The notes under the pieces were generated by a model. It ran no database searches. It saw only the letters and a program-made list of their open reading frames with translations, and was not told where the DNA came from. Positions 38,092 to 52,100 of a DNA stretch of 64,000 nucleotides are shown in pieces. The first letter of the stretch is position 1; every line of letters starts with the position of its first letter. Where the stretch lies: contig OZ024763.1 in the NCBI GenBank assembly GCA_964016885.1, forward strand, positions 26,970,001 through 27,034,000, written 5' to 3'. The translations under genes and the position numbers were made by a program. The stretch is from Eledone cirrhosa (taxonomy: Eukaryota).

Positions 38092-38304
38092 TATATATAT
38101 ACATACATACATGCATATATATATATATATATTTATATACATACATGCATATATATATACATACATGCGTATATATATACATACATACATGCATATATAT
38201 ATACATACATGCGTATATATATACATACATGCGTATATATATATATATATACATACATGCATATATATATATATATATATATACATACATGCATATATAT
38301 AATA

Positions 38305-38336
<32 letters not shown>

Positions 38337-38435
38337 CATGTTATATATACATGTGTGTCTATATATATATGTATGTACATATATATGTATGTACATATAT
38401 GTGTAAATATGTATATATATTGCTATGTATATGCA
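38092..38435. repeat. TA/CA-rich compound microsatellite
   Basis: Direct inspection. Confidence 0.95.
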
Positions 38436-38444
38436 TACTCGTAG

Positions 38445-38622
38445 TTCAGTATCGGTAGAGGGTTGGACGCCATGCTTTCTAGCATAGTTACGTCCCTTTA
38501 CAGTCTGAGTTCAAATCCCGCCGAGGTTAACTTTGCCTTTCATCCTTACGGGGTCGATAAAATAAAGTACCAGTAATGTACTGGGTAATTGCTGGCCTTG
38601 TGCCTAAAGTAGAAACAATTAT
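38445..38622 (+). mobile_element. SINE family B (5' slightly truncated)
   Basis: Homology to 6749-6940. Confidence 0.85.
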
Positions 38623-38882
38623 TAGTTCATATATTCATATACAGTTACCCCCCCGGCATTCGTGGGGTTTAGGGTCCTAGAGAACCCGAGAATAGTGAAA
38701 AACCGCCAATATTGTAGGTGGTCTATAGAAATGCCTATAAACCTCAAAATACAACGTAAAATTTAATAAAAATCGAGTGAGCGTCTTATGGAAGGGGCGT
38801 CCAATAGGCCAGCAAATACAATATATTGTTGTTATTGTTGTTAATAATTTAGCGTTAAAACAATATATATTGTCACAGAAAA

Positions 38883-38918
<36 letters not shown>

Positions 38919-38921
<3 letters not shown>

Positions 38922-39294
38922 CTCTGACTGCTATTTCTAGCATACACTAGAAAAAACCGGAAGTGGAGAAAATTGAAAAACATCTTCTTTTTCCCCCGCT
39001 AACTTTTCAAACAAAAGAAAATTTTATGTAAACAAAAACGAAATTTTTGCCAAGAAAGATAACTCTTCTCTGACTTAAATCCAAAATTGGGATACAAAAA
39101 ATTGCAGAATTTTTTTTGTATCCCAATTTTGGATTTAAATCAGAGAAGAGTTATCTTTCTTGGCAAAAATTTCGTTTTTGTTTACATAAAATTTTCTTTT
39201 GTTTGAAAAGTTAGAGGGGGAAAAAGAAGAGGTTTTTCAATTTTCTCCACTTCCGGTTTTTTCTAGTGTATGCTAGAAATAGCAGTCAAAGCAA
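38919..39294. mobile_element. ~375-bp palindromic MITE-like element related to the 33471 fold-back arms
   Basis: Arms fold at ~39106. Shares AAGAGTTAT.TTTCTTGGCAAAAAT..TTTGTTTACA with 33781-33820. TA flanks. Confidence 0.85.
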
Positions 39295-39830
39295 TATATA
39301 TACTGTGCCAATCTATTGAGTACATTGTATTTATTGTGGTTTCTCCCCGACGCGACCCGTTTATCTACATACGCATATATATATATTAGAAGAGGTAAGA
39401 CGAGTCGCACCTCGTACCCAAAGTACGACATTTGGCTGCTATTTCTGGCAGGTTTAGAATTTACTATTTTCCAAACAGAATTCTATTTTACACCCCTCAC
39501 TCTGAACTCGATTTCAAATTACCGAGGAGTTTGTTGAAGCAGGGTTCAACTGAAATATCTACACCAGTAACTTAATTAGTGTTAGACCGGTATCCCTTAG
39601 GCATAAACTATTTGGCATTCTTCGAAGGAGGTACTGGTATTTTCGCTGTCTTAAATGGAGTATATACGCACGCACGATGCATATATACAAATTAATGTTT
39701 TTCTCTGTACAAAGAGATTGACATCATTTCTTAAATCACTATTTAGGGTTTTACAAAACATATTGTATGTGTACTTATACATACATTGAATTTAAGTATT
39801 TATTTTTTAATTTTACATACACTTTAGTAG

Positions 39831-39862
<32 letters not shown>

Positions 39863-40645
39863 TTTGTGTGTGCGTTAATTTCGTAGGTAACTGCAGTTAA
39901 CGTTCATCTCGTGTTGGGTTTTATTCCAGAGTTAAAACGACTGTAGAGTATGAATAAAAAAGTAATAAAGATCGAAAACACTGTTGCTGTATATATACAT
40001 TTTATTGGCAGATTAGAATTGTTTCAATATTGATAGCTCGGAGTACAATCGTAATATGTATACATTTTTCACATGAAATCAATATTCAAACTGACCCCAG
40101 TGTGTTTAGTTTAAAGTGACGTAATTCTACCTCCCAGTGTTTTGAACACAGTTTCATGTTACAGGGTGGTACAATGAAGCAGAGAGAATATAAAATCGCT
40201 ACACAGGTGGCATATTTAGTGTTTCACCGGTTTTCTTATAACAATACACTGGATACGACGGGCATGATAGAGGTAAATGAAATCATTATTTTACATTGAC
40301 GCAATACATATGTTCATGCATAGAATATACCCCACCCATATATATATAATTCAGATGATAAAAGTTGGTTGATCGTATAATCGGCCGACCTTTTTGTAAA
40401 CAACCGTAACTCACTCTACGATTTGTATTGCTTAGGGTTTTCTCGGTAATGTATCAACCGGAGTTTCAATATAATGAAAGAGACGTTTATGTATGAATAA
40501 AACCGTATGTATGTATGGATGTATGTATGCACACACACACACTATATATATATGTATGTATGAATGTGTATATATGTATATATACTGCCAATACTAGAAT
40601 TGAACCATCAAGACCATTGAGGTATGTCATACATCAATTATTGTA

Positions 40646-40707
40646 TTTTATCTGACGAGGACGTACTGAAAAAACAGCACAGTACCTTCGAAATATATAT
40701 AATAAAA
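40646..40707 (+). ncRNA. Type-I hammerhead ribozyme, canonical core
   Basis: TTTTAT-CTGACGA-GGACGTACTG..CAGTACCTTC-GAAA-TATATA-TA-ATAAAA. Confidence 0.78.
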
Positions 40708-40934
40708 CATATTTTGATTATGTGAATGTCTTCATTTATAAATATTTTGAATAATATCAATAACTCCAGAAAACTTCATTGTAGAGAGCTTTTAATCTAT
40801 TGTAAAACTATATTCATTGAGTAATCAATGAACCATATTAATCTTTGGTTATATATATATATATAAGAGCGAGAGAGATAGGTATATAGATATAACAATT
40901 TATTTTATTCAGTAAAGTTTTTATTTTATGTATT

Positions 40935-42400
40935 CACTGCTGAATAGTTCTTGTTTTTGTTTGTTCTTACCATTGTTTACTGTAAATGGCGACTGTGACG
41001 AGACTGGATTATTACCAAGTTTTACTGGATGATGGCATTTCCTTATTTTGTTGTCAGTGGACATCTCTCTAAATACCTGGAATAAACATATGGTGTGTCT
41101 TTTACGTAACATTTCATTTAATATCTGATGTTCCAATGGATTACTTTTAAAATAAAACCAATAAACAGGACAGGTAGACTCCATCAAAAGAGACCAGAGA
41201 TGAGGTACGAATAATCTAAAATTAATTTAAAAAAAAAGACAATGTTTAAAGAAAGACAAACATTAAAAAAGGATTTCCAACAAACACGTAAAGACAAAGA
41301 CAATTACATCCACAATTTAATATCTGAAGATCAACATTTTTCACGATATAAATAAAACTAAATATGTAAAGTTAAGTGACCTCTCATTTATTTGCTCTAA
41401 CTTTATTTTACTAATCTGTAGACATATTTTCGTTGGTGTACCTTACGGTTTCGTTGATGAAAGTTTTCACTCGTCTTTAGATCTTTATTTCTTATAAAAG
41501 TTATAATACTCACCTCTCATTAGATCTCTATTTTACTTCTGGAATACTGTATTAACATTTATATTTTCATCTCGATATTATTAAGTATTAAGGTTGCCAT
41601 GTATTACAATACTGTATATAAACAAGGGAATATGAGGAGGGGGGGGGGGGGGTAATCATTTAATTAATATATACACATTAATTAATTTATTTATTTCCAC
41701 CTGGAGTTTCGACCGGTAGATAGTATTAGCAATTGGAAAGACCAGTGGAAACATTGTTTCGTCGGTCCGATCTGACGAAGGTCGATCGACTGTCTATATA
41801 TGTATATACATACCCATACATTCATATTTACTCACTTCTATGTAAATATATATACATATTAAAAACACATACCATATACCAGCTTAAAAACGATTGACTA
41901 ATCATCAGGACACATGCTTGCTCTTGTTAAAATTTCACAGAGATACTTATGAAAACCGAACTTGCAACGCCACGTACACTTACATACACACACCTGGACA
42001 TACACAGATGTACAGAAGAGGTATGACTTATATAGGTACATCAAAGTTTATGTTCCACTCTAGCTCTATTTGACGTAGATAAAACGAAGTACCAGTGTAG
42101 TACCGGGGTCGTTTCTTCTATATCTTTTTCTTACTTCCGTTCTCCTCTCTATCCTTCTCTGGAAAAATAACTCCTGTGATCAGATCTGGGGTAGAGATGG
42201 GATCTGTCAACTTTCACAAAATACTTTCGACACCCCGAATGTCAATGTGGCACCGCTACGCCTCCCTCATAAGTTTATGGCACCTTACAGACATACATAG
42301 CAACATCAGACAAATCCTTTATGTAGATCTCTTTTACTCGATGGAAGACAAGATTTCAGTGAGTCAGAAAGGAATATTTGCGATATGAAGGGAGAAACTC
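40935..42400. repeat. Dispersed ~2-kb repeat, copy 2 (a further diverged piece at ~42950-43170)
   Basis: 41215-41520 is nearly identical to 35025-35395, and 41800-42400 matches 35905-36500. Confidence 0.88.
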
Positions 42401-43171
42401 TGTCATAACTAAATCCTGTGTGCGACTTACAAATAAATTGCTAAATGTCACTTTTATCAATGTAAGATTGGAACCTACAGTGATGTACTTTGCAGTAATG
42501 TCCTGTAACTCCCACTAGATTGCGCTAAGCTTGTATATTTCTTTCGTCCGAATAACAATGGTTTCGATCCCAGTTCGCTACTGGTACAAAAAATAATTTA
42601 AAGAAATTCAATATCCCCATCTATGTTACTTAATACCAATAACCCCGTTACTCACTGAACATCTAAGCCCTGAACACACATATTTATAATTCAATTTCTA
42701 ATTTTTAAATGATATTACATCACCTTTCTGTTCTCGGTGGATATTAATTTACAATTTTATAGCAGAAAAATAGAGTACCAGTCATTTTATAGGTTCAATT
42801 TAATCGATCAGCTTCTCCCCATCAATCACTTGACATTTGCCAAAAAAAAAAAAAAAAAAAAAAAAAAAGACACAAACAGTATACGACAAATTTGAAATAA
42901 ATTATAATTACTTAGTAATAATATTTTTATTGTTTGTTTTCACTGCAATTACTGCTGAGTGTGACTTATTTTTCTACTGTAAATGGCGGCTGCCACGATA
43001 TTTGATTATTACTAAGGTTTACTGGATGGTGGCGTTTCCTTATTGTATTATTTTACAAACAGTGGATAACTTTCTAAATACCTGGAATAAATGGAAGACA
43101 CTTTTTTTTTGTATCCTCAGAACAATGGTCATCTCTTATATTTACATTTTCTTCTCCAATTCTGTATTTGA

Positions 43172-46100
43172 AGAGAGGAGTGAAACAAGAGAGAGGAGTG
43201 AAACAAGAGAGAGGAGGGAGAGAGGAATGAAACGAGAGGAAGGAGAGAGGAGTGAAAGAAGAGAGAGGAGGGAGAGAGGAATGAAACGAGAGGAAGGAGA
43301 GAGGAGTGAAAGAAGAGAGAGGAGTGAAAGAAGAGAGAGAGGAGGGAGAGAGTGAAACAAGAGTGAAAGAAGGGAGAGAGGAGTGAAACAAGAGAGAGGA
43401 GGGAGAGAGGAGTGAAACAAGAGAGAGGAGAGAGAGAGAGGAGGGAGAGAGGAGTGAAACAAGAGAGGAGGGAGAGAGGAGGGAGAGAGGAGGGAGAGAG
43501 GAGTGAAACAAGAGAGAGGAGGGAGAGAGGAGTGAAGCAAGAGAGAGGAGGGAGAGAGTGAAACAAGAGTGAAAGAAGGGAGAGAGGAGTGAAACAAGAG
43601 AGAGGAGGGAGAGAGGAGTGAAACAAGAGAGAGGAGGGAGAGAGGAGTGAAGCAAGAGAGAGGAGGGAGAGAGTGAAACAAGAGTGAAAGAAGGGAGAGA
43701 GGAGTGAAACAAGAGAGAGGAGGGAGAGAGGAGTGAAACAAGAGAGAGGAGGGAGAGAGGAGTGAAGCAAGAGAGAGGAGGGAGAGAGTGAAACAAGAGT
43801 GAAAGAAGGGAGAGAGGAGTGAAACAAGAGAGAGGAGGGAGAGAGGAGTGAAACAAGAGAGAGGGGGGAGAGAGGAGTGAAACAAGAGAGGAGGGAGAGA
43901 GGAGTGAAACAAGAGAGAGAGGAGGGAGAGAGGAGTGAAACAAGAGAGAGAGGAGAGAGAGGAGTGAAACAAGAGAGAGGAGAGAGAGGAGGGAGAGAGA
44001 AACAAGAGTGAAAGAAGGGAGAGAGGAGTGAAAGAAGGGAGAGAGGAGTGAAACAAGAGAGAGGAGGGAGAGAGGAGTGAAACAAGAGAGAGAGGAGGGA
44101 GAGGAGTGAAACAAGAGGGAGAGGAGGGGAGAGGAGTGAAACAAGAGAGGAGGGAGAGAGGAGTGAAACAAGAGAGAAGAGGGAGAGAGGAGTGAAACAA
44201 GAGAGAGGAGGGGAGAGGAGTGAAAGAAAAGAGAGAGGAGGGAGAGAGGAGTGAAAGAAAAGAGAGAGGAGGGAGAGAGGAGTGAAACAAGAGAGGAGGG
44301 AGAGAGGAGTGAAACAAGAGAGAGAGGAGGGAGAGGAGTGAAACAAGAGGGAGAGGAGGGAGAGGAGAGAGAGGAGTGAAACAAGAGAGAGAGGAGTGAA
44401 ACAAGAGAGAGGAGAGAGGAGGGAAGAGAGGAGTGAAACAAGAGAGGAGGGAGAGAGGAGTGAAACAAGAGTGAAACAAGAGAGAGGAGGGGAGAGGAGT
44501 GAAACAAAAGAGGAGGGAGCGAGCAGTGAGAGGAGGGAGAGAGGAGTGAAAGAAGAGAGAGAGGAGGGAGAGAGGAGTGAGAGGAGGGAGAGAGGAGTGA
44601 AAGAAAAGAGAGAGGAGTGAAAGGAGAGGAGTGAAAGAAGGGAGAGGAGGGAGAGAGGAATGAAAAAAGAGAGGAGGTAGAGAGGAATGAAACAAGAGAG
44701 GAGGTAGAGAGGAATGAAACAAGAGAGAGGAGGGAGAGGGAGAGGAGGGAAACAAGAGGAGGGAGAGGGAGAGAAACAACAGAGAAGAGGGAGAGAGGAG
44801 GGAGAGAGGAGTGAAACAAGAGAGAAGAGGGGGAGAGGAGTGAAACAAGAGAGGAATGAGAGAGGAGTGAAACAAGAGAGAGGAGAGAGAAGAAGGAGAG
44901 AGAGGAGGGAGAGAGGAGAGAGGAAAACAAGAGAGAATGGAGAGAGGATTGAAACGAGAGGAGGATACAGTGAAACAAGAAAGAGGGAGAGAGGAGTGAA
45001 ACAAGAGAGAAGAGGGAGAGAGGAGTAGAGGGAGAGAGGAGTGAAACAAGAGAGAAGAGGGAGAGGAGTGAAACAAGAGAGAGAGGAGGGAGAGAGGAGT
45101 GAAACAAGAGAGAGAGGAGGGAGAGAGGAGTGAAACAAGAGAGGAGGGAGAGAGGAGTGAAACAAGAGAGAGGAGGGAGTGGAGGGAGAGAGGAGTGGAG
45201 GGAGAGAGGAGTGGATCAAGAGAGAAGAGGGAGAGAGGAATGAAACAAGAGAGAGGAGTGAAAGAAGAGTGAAAGAAGAGAGAGGAGTGAAAGAAGAGAG
45301 AGAGGAGTGAAACAAGAGAGAGGAGGGAGAGAGAGGAGGGAGAGAGAGGAGGGAGAGAGGAGTGAAACAAGAGAGAGGAGGGAGAGAGAGGAGGGAGAGA
45401 GTGAAACAAGAGTGAAAGAAGGGAGAGAGGAGTGAAACAAGAGAGAGAGGAGGGAGAGAGGAGTGAAACAAGAGAGAGAGGAGTGAAAGGAGAGAGGAGG
45501 GAGAGAGGAGTGAAACAAGAGAGAAGAGGGAGAGAGGAGTGAAACAAGAGAGAGGAGGGAGAGGAGAGAGAGGAGTGAAACAAGAGGAGGGGAGAGGAGT
45601 GAAACAAAAGAGGAGGGAGCGAGCAGTGAGAGGAGGGAGAGAGGAGTGAAAGAAGAGAGAGAGGAGGGAGAGAGGAGTGAAAGAAGAGAGAGAGGAGGGA
45701 GAGAGGAGTGAAAGAAGAGAGAGAGGAGGGAGAGAGGAGTGAAAGAAGAGAGAGAGGAGGGAGAGAGGAGTGAAAGAAGAGAGAGAGGAAGGAAGAGAAT
45801 GAAACAAGAGAGAGAATGGAGAGAGGATTGAAACGAGGAGGAGAGAGGAGTGAAACAAGAAAGAGGGAGAGAGGCGTGAAACAAGAGAGAAGAGGGAGAG
45901 AGGCGTGAAACAAGAGAGAAGAGGGAGAGAGGAGTGAAACAAGAGAGAAGAGGGGGAGGAGTGAAACAAGAGAGAGAGGAGGGAAGAGAGGAGTGAAACA
46001 AGAGAGAGGAGGGAAGAGAGGAGTGAAACAAGAGAGAGAGGAGGGAGAGATGAGTGAAACAAGAGAGAGGAGGGAGAGAGGAGTGAAACAAGAGAGAGAT

Positions 46101-49100
46101 GAGTGAAACAAGAGAGAGGAGGGAGAGAGGAGTGAAACAAGAGAGAGAGGAGGGAGAGATGAGTGAAACAAGAGAGAAGAGGGAGAGAGGAGTGAAACAA
46201 GAGAGAGAGGAGTGAAACAAGAGAGAGAGGAGTGAAACAAGAGAGAAGAGGGGGAGAGGAGTGAAACAAGAGAGAGGAGGGGGAGGAAGGAGAGAAACAA
46301 GAGAGGAATGAGAGGAGTGAAACAAGAGAGAGGAGAGAGAAGGAGAGAGAGAGGAGGGAGAGAAACAAGAGAGAGAATGGAGAGAGGATTGAAACGAGAG
46401 GAGGAGAGAGGAGTGAAACAAGAAAGAGGGAGAGAGGCGTGAAACAAGAGATAAGAGGGAGAGAGGCGTGAAACAAGAGAGAAGAGGGAGAGAGGAGTGG
46501 AGGGAGAGAGGAGTGAAACAAGAGAGAAGAGGGAGAGATGAGTGAAACAAGAGAGAGAGGAGGGAGAGATGAGTGAAACAAGAGAGAGAGGAGTGAAAGG
46601 AGAGAGGAGGGAGAGAGGAGTGAAACAAGAGAGAAGAGGGAGAGAGGAGTGAAACAAGAGAGAGGAGGGAGAGGGGAGAGAGGAGTGAAACAAGAGGAGG
46701 GGAGAGGAGTGAAACAAAAGAGGAGGGAGCGAGCAGTGAGAGAGGAGTGAAAGAAGAGAGAGAGGAGGGAGAGAGGAGTGGAGGGAGAGAGGAGTGAAAC
46801 AAGAGAGAAGAGGGGGAGGAGTGAAACAAGAGAGAGAGGAGGGAAGAGGAGTGAAACAAGAGAGAGAGGAGGGAAGAGGAGTGAAACAAGAGAGAGAGGA
46901 GGGAAGAGAGGAGTGAAACAAGAGAGAGAGGAGGGAAGAGAGGAGTGAAACAAGAGAGAGAGGAGGGAAGAGAGGAGTGAAACAAGAGAGAGAGGAGGGA
47001 GAGATGAGTGAAACAAGAGAGAGGAGGGAGAGATGAGTGAAACAAGAGAGAGGAGGGAGAGATGAGTGAAACAAGAGAGAGGAGGGAGAGAGGAGTGAAA
47101 CAAGAGAGAGAGGAGTGAAACAAGAGAGAAGAGGGGGAGAGGAGTGAAACAAGAGAGAGGAGGGGGAGGAAGGAGAGAAACAAGAGAGGAATGAGAGGAG
47201 TGAAACAAGAGAGAGGAGAGAGAAGAAGGAGAGAGAGGAGGGAGAGAGGAGGGAGAGAAACAAGAGAGAGAATGGAGAGAGGATTGAAACGAGAGGAGGA
47301 GAGAGGAGTGAAACAAGAAAGAGGGAGAGAGGCGTGAAACAAGAGAGAAGAGGGAGAGAGGAATGAAACAAGAGAGAGGAGTGAAAGAAGAGTGAAAGAA
47401 GAGAGAGGAGTGAAAGAAGAGAGAGAGGAGTGAAACAAGAGAGAGGAGGGAGAGAGAGGAGGGAGAGAGAGGAGGGAGAGAGGAGTGAAACAAGAGAGAG
47501 GAGGGAGAGAGAGGAGGGAGAGAGTGAAACAAGAGTGAAAGAAGGGAGAGAGGAGTGAAACAAGAGAGAGAGGAGGGAGAGAGGAGTGAAACAAGAGAGA
47601 GAGGAGTGAAAGGAGAGAGGAGGGAGAGAGGAGTGAAACAAGAGAGAAGAGGGAGAGAGGAGTGAAACAAGAGAGAGGAGGGAGAGGAGAGAGAGGAGTG
47701 AAACAAGAGGAGGGGAGAGGAGTGAAACAAAAGAGGAGGGAGCGAGCAGTGAGAGGAGGGAGAGAGGAGTGAAAGAAGAGAGAGAGGAGGGAGAGAGGAG
47801 TGAAAGAAGAGAGAGAGGAGGGAGAGAGGAGTGAAAGAAGAGAGAGAGGAGGGAGAGAGGAGTGAAAGAAGAGAGAGAGGAGGGAGAGAGGAGTGAAAGA
47901 AGAGAGAGAGGAAGGAAGAGAATGAAACAAGAGAGAGAATGGAGAGAGGATTGAAACGAGGAGGAGAGAGGAGTGAAACAAGAAAGAGGGAGAGAGGCGT
48001 GAAACAAGAGAGAAGAGGGAGAGAGGAGTGGAGGGAGAGAGGAGTGAAACAAGAGAGAAGAGGGGAGGAGTGAAACAAGAGAGAGGAGGGAAGAGAGGAG
48101 TGAAACAAGAGAGAGAGGAGGGAGAGATGAGTGAAACAAGAGAGAGGAGAGAGAGAGGAGTGAAACAAGAGAGAGATGAGTGAAACAAGAGAGAGGAGGG
48201 AGAGAGGAGTGAAACAAGAGAGAGAGGAGGGAGAGATGAGTGAAACAAGAGAGAAGAGGGAGAGAGGAGTGAAACAAGAGAGAGAGGAGTGAAACAAGAG
48301 AGAGGAGGGGGAGGAGTGAAACAAGAGAGAGAGGAGGGAAGAGAGGAGTGAAACAAGAGAGAGAGGAGGGAAGAGAGGAGTGAAACAAGAGAGAGAGGAG
48401 GGAGAGAGGAGTGAAACAAGAGAGAGAGGAGGGAGAGAGGAGGGGAGAGGAGTGAAACAAAAGAGGAGGGAGCGAGCAGTGAGAGGAGGGAGAGAGGAGT
48501 GAAAGAAGAGAGAGAGGAGGGAGAGAGGAGTGAAAGAAGAGAGAGAGGAGGGAGAGAGGAGTGAAAGAAGAGAGAGAGGAGGGAGAGAGGAGTGAAAGAA
48601 GAGAGAGAATGGAGAGAGGATTGAAACGAGGAGGAGAGAGGAGTGAAACAAGAAAGAGGGAGAGAGGCGTGAAACAAGAGAGAAGAGGGAGAGAGGAGTG
48701 GAGGGAGAGAGGAGTGAAACAAGAGAGAAGAGGGGGAGGAGTGAAACAAGAGAGAGGAGGGAAGAGAGGAGTGAAACAAGAGAGAGAGGAGGGAGAGAGG
48801 AGTGAAACAAGAGAGAGGAGGGAGAGAGAGGAGGGAGAGAGTGAAACAAGAGAGAAGAGGGAGAGATGAGTGAAACAAGAGAGAGAGGAGGGAGAGAGGA
48901 GTGAAACAAGAGAGAGAGGAGTGAAAGGAGAGAGGAGGGAGAGAGGAGTGAAACAAGAGAGAAGAGGGAGAGAGGAGTGAAACAAGAGAGAGGAGGGAGA
49001 GGGGAGAGAGGAGTGAAACAAGAGGAGGGGAGAGGAGTGAAACAAAAGAGGAGGGAGCGAGCAGTGAGAGGAGGGAGAGAGGAGTGAAAGAAGAGAGAGA

Positions 49101-52100
49101 GGAGGGAGAGAGGAGTGAAAGAAGAGAGAGAGGAGGGAGAGAGGAGTGAAAGAAGAGAGAGAGGAAGGAAGAGAATGAAACAAGAGAGAGAATGGAGAGA
49201 GGATTGAAACGAGGAGGAGAGAGGAGTGAAACAAGAAAGAGGGAGAGAGGCGTGAAACAAGAGAGAAGAGGGAGAGAGGAGTGGAGGGAGAGAGGAGTGA
49301 AACAAGAGAGAAGAGGGGGAGGAGTGAAACAAGAGAGAGAGGAGGGAAGAGAGGAGTGAAACAAGAGAGAGAGGAGGGAAGAGAGGAGTGAAACAAGAGA
49401 GAGAGGAGTGAAAGGAGAGAGGAGGGAGAGAGGAGTGAAACAAGAGAGAAGAGGGAGAGAGGAGTGAAACAAGAGAGAGGAGGGAGAGGGGAGAGAGGAG
49501 TGAAACAAGAGGAGGGGAGAGGAGTGAAACAAAAGAGGAGGGAGCGAGCAGTGAGAGGAGGGAGAGAGGAGTGAAAGAAGAGAGAGAGGAGGGAGAGAGG
49601 AGTGAAAGAAGAGAGAGAGGAGGGAGAGAGGAGTGAAAGAAGAGAGAGAGGAGGGAGAGAGGAGTGAAAGAAGAGAGAGAGGAGGGAGAGAGGAGTGAAA
49701 GAAGAGAGAGAGGAGGGAGAGAGGAGTGAAAGAAGAGAGAGGAAGGAAGAGAATGAAACAAGAGAGAGAATGGAGAGAGGATTGAAACGAGGAGGAGAGA
49801 GGAGTGAAACAAGAAAGAGGGAGAGAGGCGTGAAACAAGAGAGAAGAGGGAGAGAGGAGTGGAGGGAGAGAGGAGTGAAACAAGAGAGAAGAGGGGGAGG
49901 AGTGAAACAAGAGAGAGGAGGGAAGAGAGGAGTGAAACAAGAGAGAGGAGGGAAGAGAGGAGTGAAACAAGAGAGAGAGGAGGGAGAGAGGAGTGAAACA
50001 AGAGAGAGGAGGGAGAGATGAGTGAAACAAGAGAGAGGAGGGAGAGAGGAGTGAAACCAGAGAGAGAGGAGGGAGAGATGAGTGAAACAAGAGAGAAGAG
50101 GGAGAGAGGAGTGAAACAAGAGAGAGAGGAGTGAAAGGAGAGAGGAGGGAGAGAGGAGTGAAACAAGAGAGAGGAGGGAGAGGGGAGAGAGGAGTGAAAC
50201 AAGAGGAGGGGAGAGGAGTGAAACAAAAGAGGAGGGAGCGAGCAGTGAGAGGAGGGAGAGAGGAGTGAAAGAAGAGAGAGAGGAGGGAGAGAGGAGTGAA
50301 AGGAGAGAGAGAGAAGGGAGAGAGGAGTGAAAGAAGAGAGAGAGGAGGGAGAGAGGAGTGAAAGAAGAGAGAGAGGAGGGAGAGAGGAGTGAAAGAAGAG
50401 AGAGGAAGGAAGAGAATGAAACAAGAGAGAGAATGGAGAGAGGATTGAAACGAGGAGGAGAGAGGAGTGAAACAAGAAAGAGGGAGAGAGGCGTGAAACA
50501 AGAGAGAAGAGGGAGAGAGGAGTGGAGGGAGAGAGGAGTGAAACAAGAGAGAAGAGGGGGAGGAGTGAAACAAGAGAGAGAGGAGTGAAAGGAGAGAGGA
50601 GGGAGAGAGGAGTGAAACAAGAGAGAGGAGGGAGAGAGGAGTGAAACAAGAGAGAGGAGGGAGAGAGGAGTGAAACAAGAGAGAAGAGGGAGAGAGGAGT
50701 GAAACAAGAGAGAGGAGGGAGAGGGGAGAGAGGAGTGAAACAAGAGGAGGGGAGAGGAGTGAAACAAAAGAGGAGGGAGCGAGCAGTGAGAGGAGGGAGA
50801 GAGGAGTGAAACAAGAGAGAGAGGAGGGAGAGATGAGTGAAACAAGAGAGAAGAGGGAGAGAGGAGTGAAACAAGAGAGAGAGGAGTGAAAGGAGAGAGG
50901 AGGGAGAGAGGAGTGAAACAAGAGAGAGGAGGGAGAGAGGAGTGAAACAAGAGAGAGGAGGGAGAGAGGAGTGAAACAAGAGAGAGGAGGGAGAGGGGAG
51001 AGAGGAGTGAAACAAGAGGAGGGGAGAGGAGTGAAACAAAAGAGGAGGGAGCGAGCAGTGAGAGGAGGGAGAGAGGAGTGAAAGAAGAGAGAGAGGAGGG
51101 AGAGAGGAGTGAAAGAAGAGAGAGAGGAGGGAGAGAGGAGTGAAAGAAGAGAGAGAGGAGGGAGAGAGGAGTGAAAGAAGAGAGAGAGGAGGGAGAGAGG
51201 AGTGAAAGAAGAGAGAGAGGAGGGAGAGAATGAAACAAGAGAGAGAATGGAGAGAGGATTGAAATGAGGAGGAGAGAGGAGTGAAACAAGAAAGAGGGAG
51301 AGAGGCGTGAAACAAGAGAGAAGAGGGAGAGATGAGTGAAACAAGAGAGAGGAGGGAGAGAGGAGTGAAACAAGAGAGGAGGGAGAGAGGAGTGAAACAA
51401 GAGAGAGGAGGGAGAGGAGTGGAGGGAGAGAGGAGTGGAGGGAGAGAGGAGTGGATCAAGAGAGAAGAGGGAGAGAAGAGTGAAACAAGAGGGAGAGAGG
51501 AGTGAACAAAGAGAGAGGGAAGGGAGAGGGGGAGAGAGGAGTGAAACCATAGAGAGAAGAGGGAGAGAAGAGTGAAAGAAGAGAGAGGGGAGGGAGAGAG
51601 GAGTGATAGAGGAGTGAAACAATAGAGAGGGGAGGGAGAGGGGAGGGAGAGGAAGGGAGAGGGGGAGGAAGAGAGGAGTGAAACAAGAGAGAGGAGAGAG
51701 AGAGGAGGGAGAGAGGAGTGAAACAAGAGAGAGGAGGGAGTGGAGGGAGAGAGGAGTGGATCAAGAGAGAAGAGGGAGGAGTGAAACAAGAGAGAGGAGG
51801 GAGAGAGGAGTAAAACAAGAGAGAGAGGAGGGAGAGGATAGAAACGAGAGAGGAGGAGGGAGAGAGAGAGGAATGAAACAAGAGAGAGGAGGGAGAGAGA
51901 GAGGAATGAAACAAGAGAGAGGAGGGAGAGAGAGGAGGGAGGGAGGAGTGAAACAAGAGAGGGGAGGAGGGAGAGAGAAGGGAGAGGGGAGGGAGAGGGG
52001 AGTGACACGAGAGAGAAGAGGGAGAGAGGAGTGAAACAAGAGGGAGAGAGGAGTGAACAAACAGAGAGGAGGGAGAGAGGAGTGAAAAAGAGAGGGAGGG

